Positions 1 through 10,834 of a DNA stretch of 32,000 bases are shown piece by piece. The notes under the pieces were generated by a model. That model saw nothing but the letters and a program-made list of their open reading frames with translations, was not told where the DNA came from and made no database searches. Source of the stretch: Burkholderiaceae bacterium (GTDB taxonomy: Bacteria; Pseudomonadota; Gammaproteobacteria; Burkholderiales; Burkholderiaceae_E); NCBI GenBank assembly GCA_016710525.1, contig JADJVQ010000038.1, positions 13,986 through 45,985 on the forward strand. Direction: 5' to 3'. The position numbers and the translations under genes were made by a program. Position 1 is the first letter of the stretch. Every line of letters starts with the position of its first letter.

Positions 1-292
1 GCAGCAGCGGGATGCGGTTGCTGGACGTGACCGGCTGCAGCGCCACTTTCAGCGCGGGCAGCTTCAGTTCGGCCTTCACCGCGTCGACGACCTTCATGCA
101 CAGGTCCATCGCATAGCCGATCGGCTGCTGCTTGTCGTCCAGGTACGAGAAGGGGATGGACGATTCGCGATGGCCGATGTTGATCGTGCCGGTTTCCTTG
201 ATCTTCTTGAGTGTGCCGGCCAGGTCTTGCGCGCTGGCTTGGCTGACCATCAGGGCGGCCGCGACCGCGGTCAGAACGACTGCTTTATACAT
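1..292 (-). CDS. Periplasmic amino-acid ABC transporter substrate-binding protein (glutamate/aspartate GltI-like), N-terminal part; the 3' end lies beyond the window start
   Basis: Absent from the ORF track because it runs off the window. My hand translation from ATG 292..290 (complement) gives MYKAVVLTAVAAALMVSQASAQDLAGTLKKIKETGTINIGHRESSIPFSYLDDKQQPIGYAMDLCMKVVDAVK... This is a Sec signal peptide followed by the IGHRxSSxPFSY-type N-terminus of family-3 solute-binding proteins. GGAGA Shine-Dalgarno at 300..304 (complement), 7 nt from the ATG. Confidence 0.7.
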   Translation of the reverse strand, partial: MYKAVVLTAVAAALMVSQASAQDLAGTLKKIKETGTINIGHRESSIPFSYLDDKQQPIGYAMDLCMKVVDAVKAELKLPALKVALQPVTSSNRIPLL

Positions 293-388
293 ACGGGTTT
301 CTCCTGTTTTGTGACTTGAAGTATACGGTTTGGCCGGCCTGCGGCGGCGGTTCGCCTCGCCATGAAACGCGTGTTCACCGTTCGAGAC

Positions 389-1576
<1,188 letters not shown>

Positions 1577-1577
<1 letters not shown>

Positions 1578-1667
1578 GGGGGGCCGGCGCGCGGGCCGGG
1601 CCGCCGCCCCCCCGGGCCGCGGCGCCGGCGCGGCCCGCCGGGCGGGCCGGGGGGGGCGGGGGCGCCG
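1577..1667. other. 91-nt tract composed only of G and C, containing a 9-bp perfect hairpin and G/C homopolymer runs
   Basis: Counted base by base: no A or T from 1577 to 1667. Runs are G6 at 1578..1583, C7 at 1607..1613, G8 at 1649..1656 and G5 at 1658..1662. Inverted repeat CGGGCCGCG (1613..1621) / CGCGGCCCG (1629..1637) has a 7-nt loop. GGGCGGGCCGGGGGGGGCGGGGG (1640..1662) fits the G3+N1-7 x4 quadruplex pattern on the + strand. Confidence 0.9.
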
Positions 1668-1670
1668 AAA

Positions 1671-3374
1671 CTAGCGGAACTGCTCCTCGAGAAACTCGAG
1701 CTCGGTGCGCGCTGCGCCCGCCGCGCGGCCGGACTCCTGGCCGCGCAGTTCGACCCGGCGGATCTTGCCGGAGATGGTCTTGGGCAGGTCGCTGAACTCG
1801 ATCCGCCGGACCAGCTTGTAGCCCGATACCCGTTCGCGCAGGAAGCGGAAGATCGCCGCCGCAGTCTCGGCATTGGCCGCATGGCCCGGCGCCAGGATCA
1901 CGTAGGCCTTGGGCACGAAGCCGCGCACCGGATCGGGCGACGGGACCACCGCGGCTTCGGCCACCGCCGGATGCTCGATCAGCGCGCTCTCGAGCTCGAA
2001 GGGGCTGATGCGATAGCCCGAGGCCTTGAACACATCGTCGGCCCGGCCGACATAGGTGATGTAGCCCTCGGCATCGCGCATGCCGACGTCGCCGGTGTGA
2101 TAGAAGCCGTCGCGCATCGACTCGGCGGTTTTTTCGGCGTCGTCGGCATACCCGGTCATCAGCGCGGTCGGCCGGTGCGCCAGGTCGATGCAGATCTCGC
2201 CTTCCTCACCCGGCTTGCCATCGGGGTCGAGCAGCACCATGCGGTAGCCCGGAAGCGGACGGCCCATCGAGCCCGGCTTGAGCAGCGCGCCGGGCGGGTT
2301 GCCGATCTGCGCGGTGGTCTCGGTCTGGCCGTAGCCGTCGCGGATGGTCAGGCCCCATGCCGCGCGCACCTGCTCGATCACTTCGGGGTTCAGCGGCTCG
2401 CCGGCGGAGATCAGTTCGCGCAGCTTGACCGGCCAGGCCTTCAGATCCTCCTGGATCAGCATGCGCCACACCGTGGGCGGGGCGCACAGCGTGTTCACCT
2501 GGTGCTCGACCAGCGTGCCGAGAATGGCCGGACCGTTGAACCGGTTGTAGTTGTAGATGAACACGCAGGCCTGCGCGTTGAACGGCGCGAAGAAGCAGCT
2601 CCAGGCATGCTTGGCCCAGCCGGGCGAACTGACCGTCCAGTGCACATCGCCCTTGTTCAGGCCCAGCCAGTACATCGTCGACAGGTGCCCGACCGGATAA
2701 CTCTGCTGGGTGTGCTGGACCAGCTTGGGCTTGGCGGTGGTGCCGGACGTGAAGTACTCCAGCATCGGATCGGTGACCCGCGTGGCCTGGGCCGGCGCGA
2801 AGCGCACTTCGGCGTCGCGCGAGCGGCCGAAGTCGATCCATCCGTTCGGCAGGCCGGCCGCGCCGGTGGACACGGTGATCATCGAAAGTCCCGCCAGCGC
2901 GGCCGCCGGCAGCTCCTGAAATTTGGCCATGCCGGCGGCATTGGTGACGATGTGGCGCACATTGCCGCGCTGCAGCCGGTCGGCCAGGTCGTCGCCCGAC
3001 AGCAGCGTGGTGGCCGGAATGACCACTGCCCCCAGCTTGATGGCCGCCAGCATGGTCTCCCACAGCGGCACTTCGTTGCCCATCATCAGCAGGATGCGGT
3101 CGCCATGCTTCGCACCGAGCCCGACCAGGAAATTGGCCACCTGGTTGGATCGCTGCGACAGCTCCGCATAACTGAGCCGGGCCTGGCTGCCGGACTCCTC
3201 GACGATGTGCAGGGCCGGCGCCGGGTTGTCGCGCGCGATGGCGTCGAAATAGTCGAGTGCCCAGTTGAACCGGTCGAGCGCCGGCCATTGGAACGACGCG
3301 ATGGCGCTGGCGTAGTCGGTCCGGTGGGTCAGCAGCAGGTCACGGCAGGCTAGGAATCGGTCGAGTTCGGTCAT
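1671..3374 (-). CDS. AMP-dependent acyl-CoA synthetase/ligase (medium-chain, ACSM-like)
   Basis: ORF 1671..3446. I prefer the start MTELDRF at 3374, which has a GAGGA SD upstream. Adenylate-forming motifs are present: FTSGTTAKPK, DGYGQTET, YHTGD, PKTISGKIRR. Confidence 0.85.
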   Translation of the reverse strand: MTELDRFLACRDLLLTHRTDYASAIASFQWPALDRFNWALDYFDAIARDNPAPALHIVEESGSQARLSYAELSQRSNQVANFLVGLGAKHGDRILLMMGNEVPLWETMLAAIKLGAVVIPATTLLSGDDLADRLQRGNVRHIVTNAAGMAKFQELPAAALAGLSMITVSTGAAGLPNGWIDFGRSRDAEVRFAPAQATRVTDPMLEYFTSGTTAKPKLVQHTQQSYPVGHLSTMYWLGLNKGDVHWTVSSPGWAKHAWSCFFAPFNAQACVFIYNYNRFNGPAILGTLVEHQVNTLCAPPTVWRMLIQEDLKAWPVKLRELISAGEPLNPEVIEQVRAAWGLTIRDGYGQTETTAQIGNPPGALLKPGSMGRPLPGYRMVLLDPDGKPGEEGEICIDLAHRPTALMTGYADDAEKTAESMRDGFYHTGDVGMRDAEGYITYVGRADDVFKASGYRISPFELESALIEHPAVAEAAVVPSPDPVRGFVPKAYVILAPGHAANAETAAAIFRFLRERVSGYKLVRRIEFSDLPKTISGKIRRVELRGQESGRAAGAARTELEFLEEQFR

Positions 3375-3476
3375 GGGGTCCTCGGGACGCAGGCGTGATG
3401 GCGATAGTGCCTGCATTTTATGCGCCCGCGCCCGCGATCCGGGCATCGGCCCGGGCTTGCGGCGACCGATCGACGT

Positions 3477-4457
3477 TCACGCGGCCCGGCGCATCGCCAG
3501 GCCCAGCGCGACCAGACTCTCGGACAGCGCATCGGCCAGCGGCGTGACCGGCAGTTCGCCCACCGCGCGCGCCAGCGCCTGCCCGTCCAGCCGATGCGGC
3601 TCGCGCCACAGGTAGGCCATCTCGGCAATCTCGCGCCACATCGGCACGATCAGTCCGCCGGCGCGGATCAGGCCCCAGGGCATGCCGCCCCGAGAGAACC
3701 CCCGCGCCGGCGCGACACCCAGCGCGCGCGCCGCGGATTCGATGGCCGCCAGCCACTGTTCGCCGGTTGCCGTGTGGCCGGCGAAATGAAAGCGCTGCAG
3801 GCCGCGCGGCGCCGCCTGCGCCTGCTGGCGCAGGGCCGCCGCCACGAAGGCGCGCGCCAGATCGGGCAAGTAGGCCCAGGCGTGAGGCCGGTCCAGCGGC
3901 CCGGGATACACCAGCTTGCCTGCGCCCAGCGACTTGGTGATCACGAGGTCCAGCCAGCTGCCGGTGCCCCCGCCGAAGAAGTCGCCGGCCCGAATCACCA
4001 CGCCGTCCAGGCCGCGAGCGGCGCGCTGCGCCAACAGCGCCTCGATCTCGCAGCGGATGCGTCCCTTGCGGGTGGTCGGGTGCTGCACCGTGTCTTGCGC
4101 CAGCACCGCGGGCATCGGCTCGCCGTAGTTGTAGACATTGCCGGGCAGCATGAAGGTCGCGTTCAGGCGGCCAGCCAGGTCCATGCCCTGGCGCGCCAGC
4201 TCGAGGGCCTCGCGCTCCCAGCGGTCATACGGCGGATTGACCGCATGGACCACCGTGCGCACGCCCTGCGCCAGCGGCACCAGCATCGGGTCACCCGGGG
4301 CCATCGCCAGATGGCGGACACCGGCCGGCAGGCCGGCGGGCAGGCGGCGCGATTGCGCCAGCACCGGATGGCCGGCCGCCGCGAAGGCATGGACCGCCGC
4401 CAGGCCGAAGCGCCCGCTGGCGCCGAGCACGAGAACCGGAGGAAGAGAAGCAGGCAT
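3477..4457 (-). CDS. NAD(P)-binding SDR / NAD-dependent epimerase-dehydratase family protein
   Basis: 326-aa ORF with an N-terminal Rossmann motif (VLVLGASGRFG). Same strand as, and 102 nt upstream of, the acyl-CoA synthetase. Divergent from the LysR gene. Confidence 0.7.
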   Translation of the reverse strand: MPASLPPVLVLGASGRFGLAAVHAFAAAGHPVLAQSRRLPAGLPAGVRHLAMAPGDPMLVPLAQGVRTVVHAVNPPYDRWEREALELARQGMDLAGRLNATFMLPGNVYNYGEPMPAVLAQDTVQHPTTRKGRIRCEIEALLAQRAARGLDGVVIRAGDFFGGGTGSWLDLVITKSLGAGKLVYPGPLDRPHAWAYLPDLARAFVAAALRQQAQAAPRGLQRFHFAGHTATGEQWLAAIESAARALGVAPARGFSRGGMPWGLIRAGGLIVPMWREIAEMAYLWREPHRLDGQALARAVGELPVTPLADALSESLVALGLAMRRAA

Positions 4458-4553
4458 CGCGGGATTCCCAGATGAAGTTCGATGGCCTCATTCTGGCGTC
4501 GCGCGGGCCATTCGCCTATTGCCGGTTTTGGCATATGACCCATACACTTTCGC

Positions 4554-5507
4554 ATGGCACATAACCCACCGCTGGACCGCACGCGCTTCGACTGGTCGCT
4601 GGTGCGCAGCTTCCTGGCGGTGGTCGACGCCGGCAGCCTCACCGGGGCGGCCCGGCGCACCGGCGCCTTGCAGCCCACCTTGAGCCGGCACATTGCCGAG
4701 CTCGAGGGACAGCTCGGTGCGCCGCTGTTCGAGCGCACCGGGCGCGGCGTCGTGCCGACCGCGGCCGCGCTCGCGATCATCGAGGCGGCGCGCACGATGC
4801 AGGACGGCGCCGACGCACTCGGCCGCTCGCTGGCCGGACAGCGGCAGGCAACCACCGGCGTGGTGCGCATCACCACCAGCCAGGTCGCGGCCAATCATCT
4901 GCTGCCTCCCGTCCTCGCCGAGCTGCAGCGGCTGGAACCCGGCATCCAGATCGAACTGGTCTCGTCCAATGCGCTGACCAACCTGCTGCGCCGCGAGGCC
5001 GACATCGCGGTGCGCATGGTGCGGCCCGTGCAGAACTCGCTGGTCGCGCGCAAGATCGGCGAGATCGGCATCGGCGCTTACGCCCACGCCTCGTACCTGG
5101 CCCGGGCCGGCGTGCCGCGCAGCCCCGACGAGCTGCTCTCGCACCGGCTGGTCGGCATGGACACCGACGACACCCTGACCCGGGGATTCGCCGGCATGGG
5201 CATCGCCATCGCGCGCGAGCGCTTCGTCGTTCGGACCGACGACCACCTCGCCTACGGAAGGCTGGTTGCCGCCGGCGCCGGCATCGGCTTTCTGGCGCAC
5301 TATCACGCGGCGCAGACACCAGGGCTGCAGCGGCTGCTGCCCCAGCTGCGCATTCCCGCCCTGCCCTGCTGGCTGGCGGTGCACCGCGAAATCCGGTCCA
5401 GCCGCGTGGTTCGGCGAGTCTACGACCACCTGGCCCGGGCATTGGCGGCTCAGCTCGGATCGGATAATGGTCAGGCGCCAACAGCGCCGGCCGCGAACCT
5501 GTTGTAG
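4554..5507 (+). CDS. LysR-family transcriptional regulator
   Basis: 317 aa. N-terminal wHTH (FLAVVDAGSLTGAARRTGALQPTLSRHIAELE) followed by a LysR substrate-binding-type C-terminus. Shows the classic divergent arrangement with the neighbouring operon. Confidence 0.9.
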   Translation: MAHNPPLDRTRFDWSLVRSFLAVVDAGSLTGAARRTGALQPTLSRHIAELEGQLGAPLFERTGRGVVPTAAALAIIEAARTMQDGADALGRSLAGQRQATTGVVRITTSQVAANHLLPPVLAELQRLEPGIQIELVSSNALTNLLRREADIAVRMVRPVQNSLVARKIGEIGIGAYAHASYLARAGVPRSPDELLSHRLVGMDTDDTLTRGFAGMGIAIARERFVVRTDDHLAYGRLVAAGAGIGFLAHYHAAQTPGLQRLLPQLRIPALPCWLAVHREIRSSRVVRRVYDHLARALAAQLGSDNGQAPTAPAANLL

Positions 5508-5548
5508 TGTCCGGCTGACCAGAGACCCCGGCTCACGAGAGACCCGAC

Positions 5549-6217
5549 ATGCACTACGACGCAACCGGCCGCAACCATGGCCTGAAATTCGACCCTTTCA
5601 AAGCGCTGGCCGTGCCGCGCCCGATCGGCTGGATCGCCACGGTCGATCGCAACGGCGTGCCCAACCTCGCTCCCTACAGCTTCTTCAACGCGGTCAGCGA
5701 TCGCCCGCCGGTGGTGCTGTTCGCCTCGGGCGGCCACAAGGACAGCCTGCGCAACATCGAGGACAACGGCGAGTTCACCTGCTCGCTGGCCACCTATGAT
5801 CTGCGCGATCAGATGAACATGAGTTCGGCCACGGTGGCCCCGGGCGTGGACGAGTTCGCACTCGCCGGCCTGACCCCGGCAGCCTCCACCTACGTGAAGC
5901 CGCCGCGGGTCGCGCAGAGCCCTGCCGCATTCGAGTGCCGGCACTGGAAGACCCTCGAGATGCCGCGGCCGGCCGACGGCAAGGGCGAGCCCTTCATCGT
6001 GGTGTTCGGTCTGGTGGTCGGGATCTACATCGACGACGCGTTCATCAAGGACGGCATCGTCGACACCCCGTCGATGAAACCGCTGGCCCGCCTGGGCTAC
6101 ATGGACTATTCCGTCCTGACCCCCGAAACCGTGTTCTCGCTGAACCGCCCGATCACCACCGAGGACGGCCGCAGCGCCAAGCTCGTGTCCGGTCCCTGGG
6201 ACGGCGTCTACCGGTAG
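5549..6217 (+). CDS. Flavin reductase-like, FMN-binding split-barrel protein
   Basis: 222 aa. The segment PRPIGWIATVDRNGVPNLAPYSFFNAVSDRPPVV is typical of the flavin-reductase-like domain family. Confidence 0.8.
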   Translation: MHYDATGRNHGLKFDPFKALAVPRPIGWIATVDRNGVPNLAPYSFFNAVSDRPPVVLFASGGHKDSLRNIEDNGEFTCSLATYDLRDQMNMSSATVAPGVDEFALAGLTPAASTYVKPPRVAQSPAAFECRHWKTLEMPRPADGKGEPFIVVFGLVVGIYIDDAFIKDGIVDTPSMKPLARLGYMDYSVLTPETVFSLNRPITTEDGRSAKLVSGPWDGVYR

Positions 6218-6224
6218 GAAGCCC

Positions 6225-7514
6225 GTGGCGCACGACACCGCGGCCATGCCGGGCCCGATCAACATCGTGGGCGCCGGCATCGTCGGCCTGTCGGTGGCGT
6301 GGGCGCTGATCCGGCGCGGTCGCCCGGTCCGGATCTTCGATGCCCAGGCACCGGGGATGGGCGCGTCGTTCGGCAACTCCGGTTCGCTGTCCTCGGGATC
6401 GGTCGTGCCCCTGGCCACGCCAGGCGCCGCGATGTCGGGGCTGAAGATGCTGCTCGACAGCGACGCGCCGCTGGTCGTGCGCCGGCGCTATCTGCTGCGC
6501 GCGCTGCCCTGGCTGCGCCAGTTCGTGCGGGTCTCCGACGAAGCCAGCGTGCGCCAGGTGGCCGACAGCCTGCTCGAGATCCTCGCGCCGACCCTGCCGA
6601 GCTGGCAGCGCGTTCTGGAGGAAATCGGCGCCACCGACCTGCTCCATCACACCGGGCAGCTGCACCTGTACCCGTCGCGGCTCGCGCTGGCCAAGGACGA
6701 CTTCGCCTGGCGCCTGCGCGACGACTATGGCGTGCGCAGCGAGCACCTCGATCGCGACGCGCTGCTGGCCCGCCAGCCCGGCATCGGCGAGGCCTATCCG
6801 CTTGGGGTCTTCCTGCCGCAGGCCGCGGCGATTTCCGATCCGCACGGCTTGTGCGTGCGTCTGGCGCAAAGCCTGCGGGCGGCGGGCGCCGAGTTCGTGC
6901 AGGCCCCGGTGCAGGCACTGCAGCCCGACGGCGCCCTCCAGGCGCAGGGGCGCAGCTGGCCGGCCGCGTCCTGCGTGCTGGCCGCTGGCGCATGGTCGAT
7001 GCGGCTGCTCGAACCGCTGGGGGTGCGCGTGCCGCTGGAAACCCAGCGCGGCTACCACGTGCAGCGGCGCAGCCTCGAGGTGGCACCCGGCCAGGTGCTG
7101 CGCGGACCGGTGGTGTCGGCCGACAGCAAGGTCTTCATCGTGCCGATGCGCGAGGGCGTGCGCACCGGCGGCACGGTGGAATTCGCCGGCCTCGCCGCGC
7201 CCGAGGCGCCGCGCCGCTTCGCGCTGCTGCGCTCGAATTTCGCGCGCGTGTTCCCGCAGGCCCCGGCCTTGCCCGCCGACGACGGCGAATCCACCTGGAT
7301 GGGCCATCGCCCCTGCCTGCCCGACACGCTGCCCGTGCTCGGGCCCCTGCCCGGTTACCCCAACGTGTGGGCCGCCTTCGGCCATGGCCATCTCGGCCTG
7401 ACGATGTCGGCCGTCACCGGCGAGTGGCTGGCCCAGGCGCTGTGCGAATCCGCGCCGCCGGCGCTGGCCCGCTTCCGTGCCGACCGGCCCACGCTGGGCG
7501 CGCGGCTGCGCTAA
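6225..7514 (+). CDS. FAD-dependent oxidoreductase (D-amino-acid dehydrogenase DadA-like)
   Basis: 429-aa ORF with dinucleotide fold INIVGAGIVGLSVAWAL and C-terminal GHGHLGLT. The start is ambiguous: GTG 6225 (AGGAAG SD just upstream) or ATG 6246. Confidence 0.8.
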   Translation: MAHDTAAMPGPINIVGAGIVGLSVAWALIRRGRPVRIFDAQAPGMGASFGNSGSLSSGSVVPLATPGAAMSGLKMLLDSDAPLVVRRRYLLRALPWLRQFVRVSDEASVRQVADSLLEILAPTLPSWQRVLEEIGATDLLHHTGQLHLYPSRLALAKDDFAWRLRDDYGVRSEHLDRDALLARQPGIGEAYPLGVFLPQAAAISDPHGLCVRLAQSLRAAGAEFVQAPVQALQPDGALQAQGRSWPAASCVLAAGAWSMRLLEPLGVRVPLETQRGYHVQRRSLEVAPGQVLRGPVVSADSKVFIVPMREGVRTGGTVEFAGLAAPEAPRRFALLRSNFARVFPQAPALPADDGESTWMGHRPCLPDTLPVLGPLPGYPNVWAAFGHGHLGLTMSAVTGEWLAQALCESAPPALARFRADRPTLGARLR

Positions 7515-7572
7515 CCCGCCCGGCCTTCCTTCTTCCTTCCACCCTATGCCCCCCGGCCCAGGAGCCAGCCCG

Positions 7573-8400
7573 ATGACCACCGAACCCATCACCATCGACA
7601 CCGGTACCGATCAGCTGCTGTGCGAAATCCGCGACGGCGTCGCGCTGATCACGCTGAACCGCCCCGAGGCGCGCAATGCGATGTCCCCCCAGCTGACCCC
7701 GGCCCTGAGCCGGATGATCCAGGAGCGCGGCGAAGACCCGCGCGTGGGCGCGCTGCTGATAACCGGCGCGGGCACCGCGTTTTGCGCCGGCGGCGACGTC
7801 AAGGGAATGGGCGACAACAGCAGCCAGAAGTCGCTCAGTGCCGAAGAACGCGCCGCCGGCATGATCGAACGCCATCGCCGCCTCACCGGCGCGCTGGTCG
7901 GCGTGCGCAAGCCCACGATCGCCGCGCTGCCGGGCGCGGCCGCCGGCGCCGGCCTGGCGATCGCGCTGGCCTGCGACATCCGCATCGCCGCGAAGTCCGC
8001 CTTCGTCAGCGCCGGCTACTCGCGCATCGGGCTGTCGGGCGACTACGGCGTCGCCTGGCTGCTGACGCGCGCCGTCGGCTCGCCGATCGCGCGCGAGATG
8101 ATGTTCACCTCAGAGCGGGTCGACTCGGCGCGGGCCGAACGCATCGGCCTGTTCAATCGCGTGGTCGACGATGCCAACCTGCGTGAGGAGGCCTTTGCGC
8201 TGGCGCGCTCGATCGCCCAGGGCCCGGCGGTCGCCCTGCGCCTGATGAAGGAAAACCTGGACGAGGCGCGCGACATCGACCACGACACCGCGGTCGTGCA
8301 CGAGGCGCAGCGCCTGAGCCTGTCGGCGCAGACCGAAGACCACCGCGAGGCCGTGCGCGCATTCGTCGAGAAGCGCAAACCGGTGTTCAGCGGCCGCTGA
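7573..8400 (+). CDS. Enoyl-CoA hydratase/isomerase (crotonase) family protein
   Basis: I prefer the start ATG 7573 (MTTEPITI), preceded by GGAG at 7561..7564. Crotonase motifs ITLNRPEARNAMS and GAGTAFCAGGDV are present. Confidence 0.85.
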   Translation: MTTEPITIDTGTDQLLCEIRDGVALITLNRPEARNAMSPQLTPALSRMIQERGEDPRVGALLITGAGTAFCAGGDVKGMGDNSSQKSLSAEERAAGMIERHRRLTGALVGVRKPTIAALPGAAAGAGLAIALACDIRIAAKSAFVSAGYSRIGLSGDYGVAWLLTRAVGSPIAREMMFTSERVDSARAERIGLFNRVVDDANLREEAFALARSIAQGPAVALRLMKENLDEARDIDHDTAVVHEAQRLSLSAQTEDHREAVRAFVEKRKPVFSGR

Positions 8401-8474
8401 CCCTGCCGGTTGCCGCGGCACAGAGCGGCACGGAGCGGCGCAGGCCGCGAATCGCCGCCTGTCGCGGCGCCGGA

Positions 8475-10433
8475 TCAGAACACCGTACGGTAGCGGATCG
8501 CCGCCGCGCGCTCGGACGCCGCATCGGCGAAGTGCCCGGGCTGGCTGCGATGCATCGCGGCCAGCTGCAGGCTGCCCCGGCGGCCCATCGGCACCGAGTA
8601 GTGCAGGCTCAGGCGCAGTTCGCGGCCATCGGGTTTCATGCTGACCGAGCCGCGCTCGATCATCGGCGCGCCGGCCGCATCGGTGCCCACCATCCGCTCG
8701 ATGCTCATCGTGCCCCCGCTGACCCGCATCGGCTGCTCGAACGCCAGCGCCAGTCCGTCGCCGTCGACCAGCGCATTGCGCCGGGTCAGCGAGACCCGCA
8801 TCGCCTGGCTCAGCGCGCTGGTCGTCGCCAGCAGGCTGCCCTGGGCGGCCGGCGTCGAGCCGAACGACACCGAGGCATCCAGCCGGGTGTGCTCGTCGAT
8901 CGACGCGCGAGCGAACAAGGCCAGCGCCGTGGTCGCCGAATGCCCCAGCCCGAGCACGCCCTGGGTCGCTGCGCCCAGGAAGGTCTGCTGCTCGTTCATC
9001 TGAGTCATCGCCACGCCGAGCTCGCCGTCGCGGGGCAGCGTGCGGGTGAGCGCCAGACTGGCCGCCGTCGCCTTGTCGGTCTGCGAGGCCAGCGCCGGCA
9101 CCATCGCCCAGCCCGCGCCGATCGGCAGGCGCTGCGTCAGGCTGGTGGCCTGGTCCATGAAGCCCAGATGGGCGACCGGCAGGGCCGCGAAGGCATTGCC
9201 CTGCGAGACGCGAAGCCCCTGGCTCGAGGGCGCCGCGACCGCCGGATTGAGCGCGAACAGCTCGTCGGCCAGCAGCGGGCGGGTCTTGACCAGCGCCCGG
9301 CTCATGTCGGCGGTGAAATCGCGGCCGTATTCGTCCACGCCGCTGACCATCAGCAGGCCGGCCTGCGCCGCATTCTTCATGGCGCCGGCCAGCGCGCCGC
9401 CCGCGCTGGCGCCGTACAGGGGCACGGTCTTGCCGCCATAGGCGGGCGTGGCCACCTGCCCGACCGGCTTCATGGCCCGATCGACATTGACCAGACCGCG
9501 GCCATAGATGGCGTCCACACCGGCCGCGCCCAGGTCGGTTGCCGTCACGAACAGGATGTTGGCCACGTCCTTGGCCGACAGGTAGGTCCATCGGCTGCGG
9601 ATCAGCGCGGCCGCCCCGCTCACCACCGGCGTGGCCATCGAGGTCCCGCTCATCAGGGCGTAACCGGTCTTGTAGGTCGACATCAGCGACGCACCCGGTG
9701 CGGCCAGCGTGAAGTTCATCGCGTCGCCGGCGCGATTGGACCAGGCGGCGATCTTGCTGGCCGAGTCGACCGCGACCACATTGATGATCTGCCCGTTGGC
9801 CCAGGACTGGCTCGCATACCGCGCCGGCCAGCCCGGCTGCGCCAGCGCCGAATTGCCGGCCGCGGCGACGATCAGCATGCCCTTGCCGACCGCATACTTG
9901 AGGGCCGCCGGGTCGAAGGCAGCCGTCGAGCCCAGCGACATGTTGGCGATCGAGGCCTGCTGATCGGCCGCCCAGCGCAGACCGGCATTGAGCCAGGCGG
10001 TATTGCCGGCGCCGTTGTCGGCAATCACCTTCACCGGCATGATCTGCGCCGAATACGCCACGCCGAACATGCCGACACTGTTGCGGTTGGCGGCGATCAG
10101 GCCCGAGACGTGGGTGCCGTGGCCGTTGCCGTCGGCGACCGAGGTGTTGGGTGTGGCGACGGTGAAATTGCGACCGGTGACGATCCGGCCGGCCAGATCG
10201 GGGCTGGCCGCGTTCACGCCGGTGTCGAGCACGGCGATCTTCACGCCAAGCCCGGTGAACTTCAGGCCATAGGCGGTGACCGCGCCGATCTGGCTGACGA
10301 ACTTCGAGTTGTTCAGTTCGGTCTGGGCGGCCTGCGCAGCCGTCTGGGCGAGCCCCGCGACGGGGTTGGCCAGCGCGGCGACACCTGCGAGGGTCAGGCC
10401 GGTGCGCAGCACTGGATTCAAGCGGAAAAACAT
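8475..10433 (-). CDS. Subtilisin-like (S8) serine protease with a C-terminal autotransporter beta-domain
   Basis: I prefer the start MFFRLNPVLRTG at 10433 (AAGAGG SD upstream), followed by a signal peptide. The D/H/S triad motifs are VLDTGV, HGTHVSG and SGTSMATP. The ~280-aa C-terminal region ends in ..IRYRTVF, an aromatic outer-membrane beta-barrel terminus. Confidence 0.85.
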   Translation of the reverse strand: MFFRLNPVLRTGLTLAGVAALANPVAGLAQTAAQAAQTELNNSKFVSQIGAVTAYGLKFTGLGVKIAVLDTGVNAASPDLAGRIVTGRNFTVATPNTSVADGNGHGTHVSGLIAANRNSVGMFGVAYSAQIMPVKVIADNGAGNTAWLNAGLRWAADQQASIANMSLGSTAAFDPAALKYAVGKGMLIVAAAGNSALAQPGWPARYASQSWANGQIINVVAVDSASKIAAWSNRAGDAMNFTLAAPGASLMSTYKTGYALMSGTSMATPVVSGAAALIRSRWTYLSAKDVANILFVTATDLGAAGVDAIYGRGLVNVDRAMKPVGQVATPAYGGKTVPLYGASAGGALAGAMKNAAQAGLLMVSGVDEYGRDFTADMSRALVKTRPLLADELFALNPAVAAPSSQGLRVSQGNAFAALPVAHLGFMDQATSLTQRLPIGAGWAMVPALASQTDKATAASLALTRTLPRDGELGVAMTQMNEQQTFLGAATQGVLGLGHSATTALALFARASIDEHTRLDASVSFGSTPAAQGSLLATTSALSQAMRVSLTRRNALVDGDGLALAFEQPMRVSGGTMSIERMVGTDAAGAPMIERGSVSMKPDGRELRLSLHYSVPMGRRGSLQLAAMHRSQPGHFADAASERAAAIRYRTVF

Positions 10434-10834
10434 CGATGACCTCTTTTTGCTCGGGCTGCATCCAGCCGCGGAAAAAGGGCAACGCCTGACCAGCATTGAA
10501 CCGGACGCTTGCGGCTGTCCGATGCCGGCAACCCCGCTGCCTTTCGAGGCCATCGACAGATGGCACCGGGAAGGCCGGAAGCTTTGCGTCCCCGGATTTC
10601 CCCGGGTTTGCCCATGTAGACCGGCTGCAAACCGGCTCTGTGTCCCAGCGCGGCCCGACGAACGGACCGGCGCGAACGATGAAAGCGTTTTACAGACCGA
10701 TCCGCGAAGCGGCTGTGAACAAGTTAACGGAAGGGCTGTCGTCCCACGCCTGCATGGGTTGGATAGACTGTGTCGGCCCCCGCAAGCATCAACTCCGACA
10801 GGCTTCGGGCGGCGCGCGAAGGACCCCGACTGCC

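Noticed and set aside
132-314. 60-aa plus-strand ORF at the window start
   Set aside because: It is antisense to the clearly coding N-terminus of the GltI-like binding protein (signal peptide plus family motif), and it has no SD.
1613-1637. 9-bp GC hairpin after the acyl-CoA synthetase stop, considered as a rho-independent terminator
   Set aside because: There is no T/U tract on either side; the whole surrounding 91 nt has no A or T. It is kept only as part of the GC-tract observation.
4519-4534. TTGCC-GGTTTT-GGCAT inverted repeat as the LysR (T-N11-A type) operator in the divergent SDR/LysR intergenic region
   Set aside because: Only a 4-bp inverted repeat (TGCC...GGCA) is present. This is too short and too common in GC-rich DNA to be called a binding site without comparative or experimental support.
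8444-8468. GCCGCGA...TCGCGGC hairpin between the convergent enoyl-CoA hydratase and protease genes, as a bidirectional terminator
   Set aside because: It has a 7-bp stem with an 11-nt loop and no flanking T tracts, so it cannot be distinguished from chance GC-rich complementarity.
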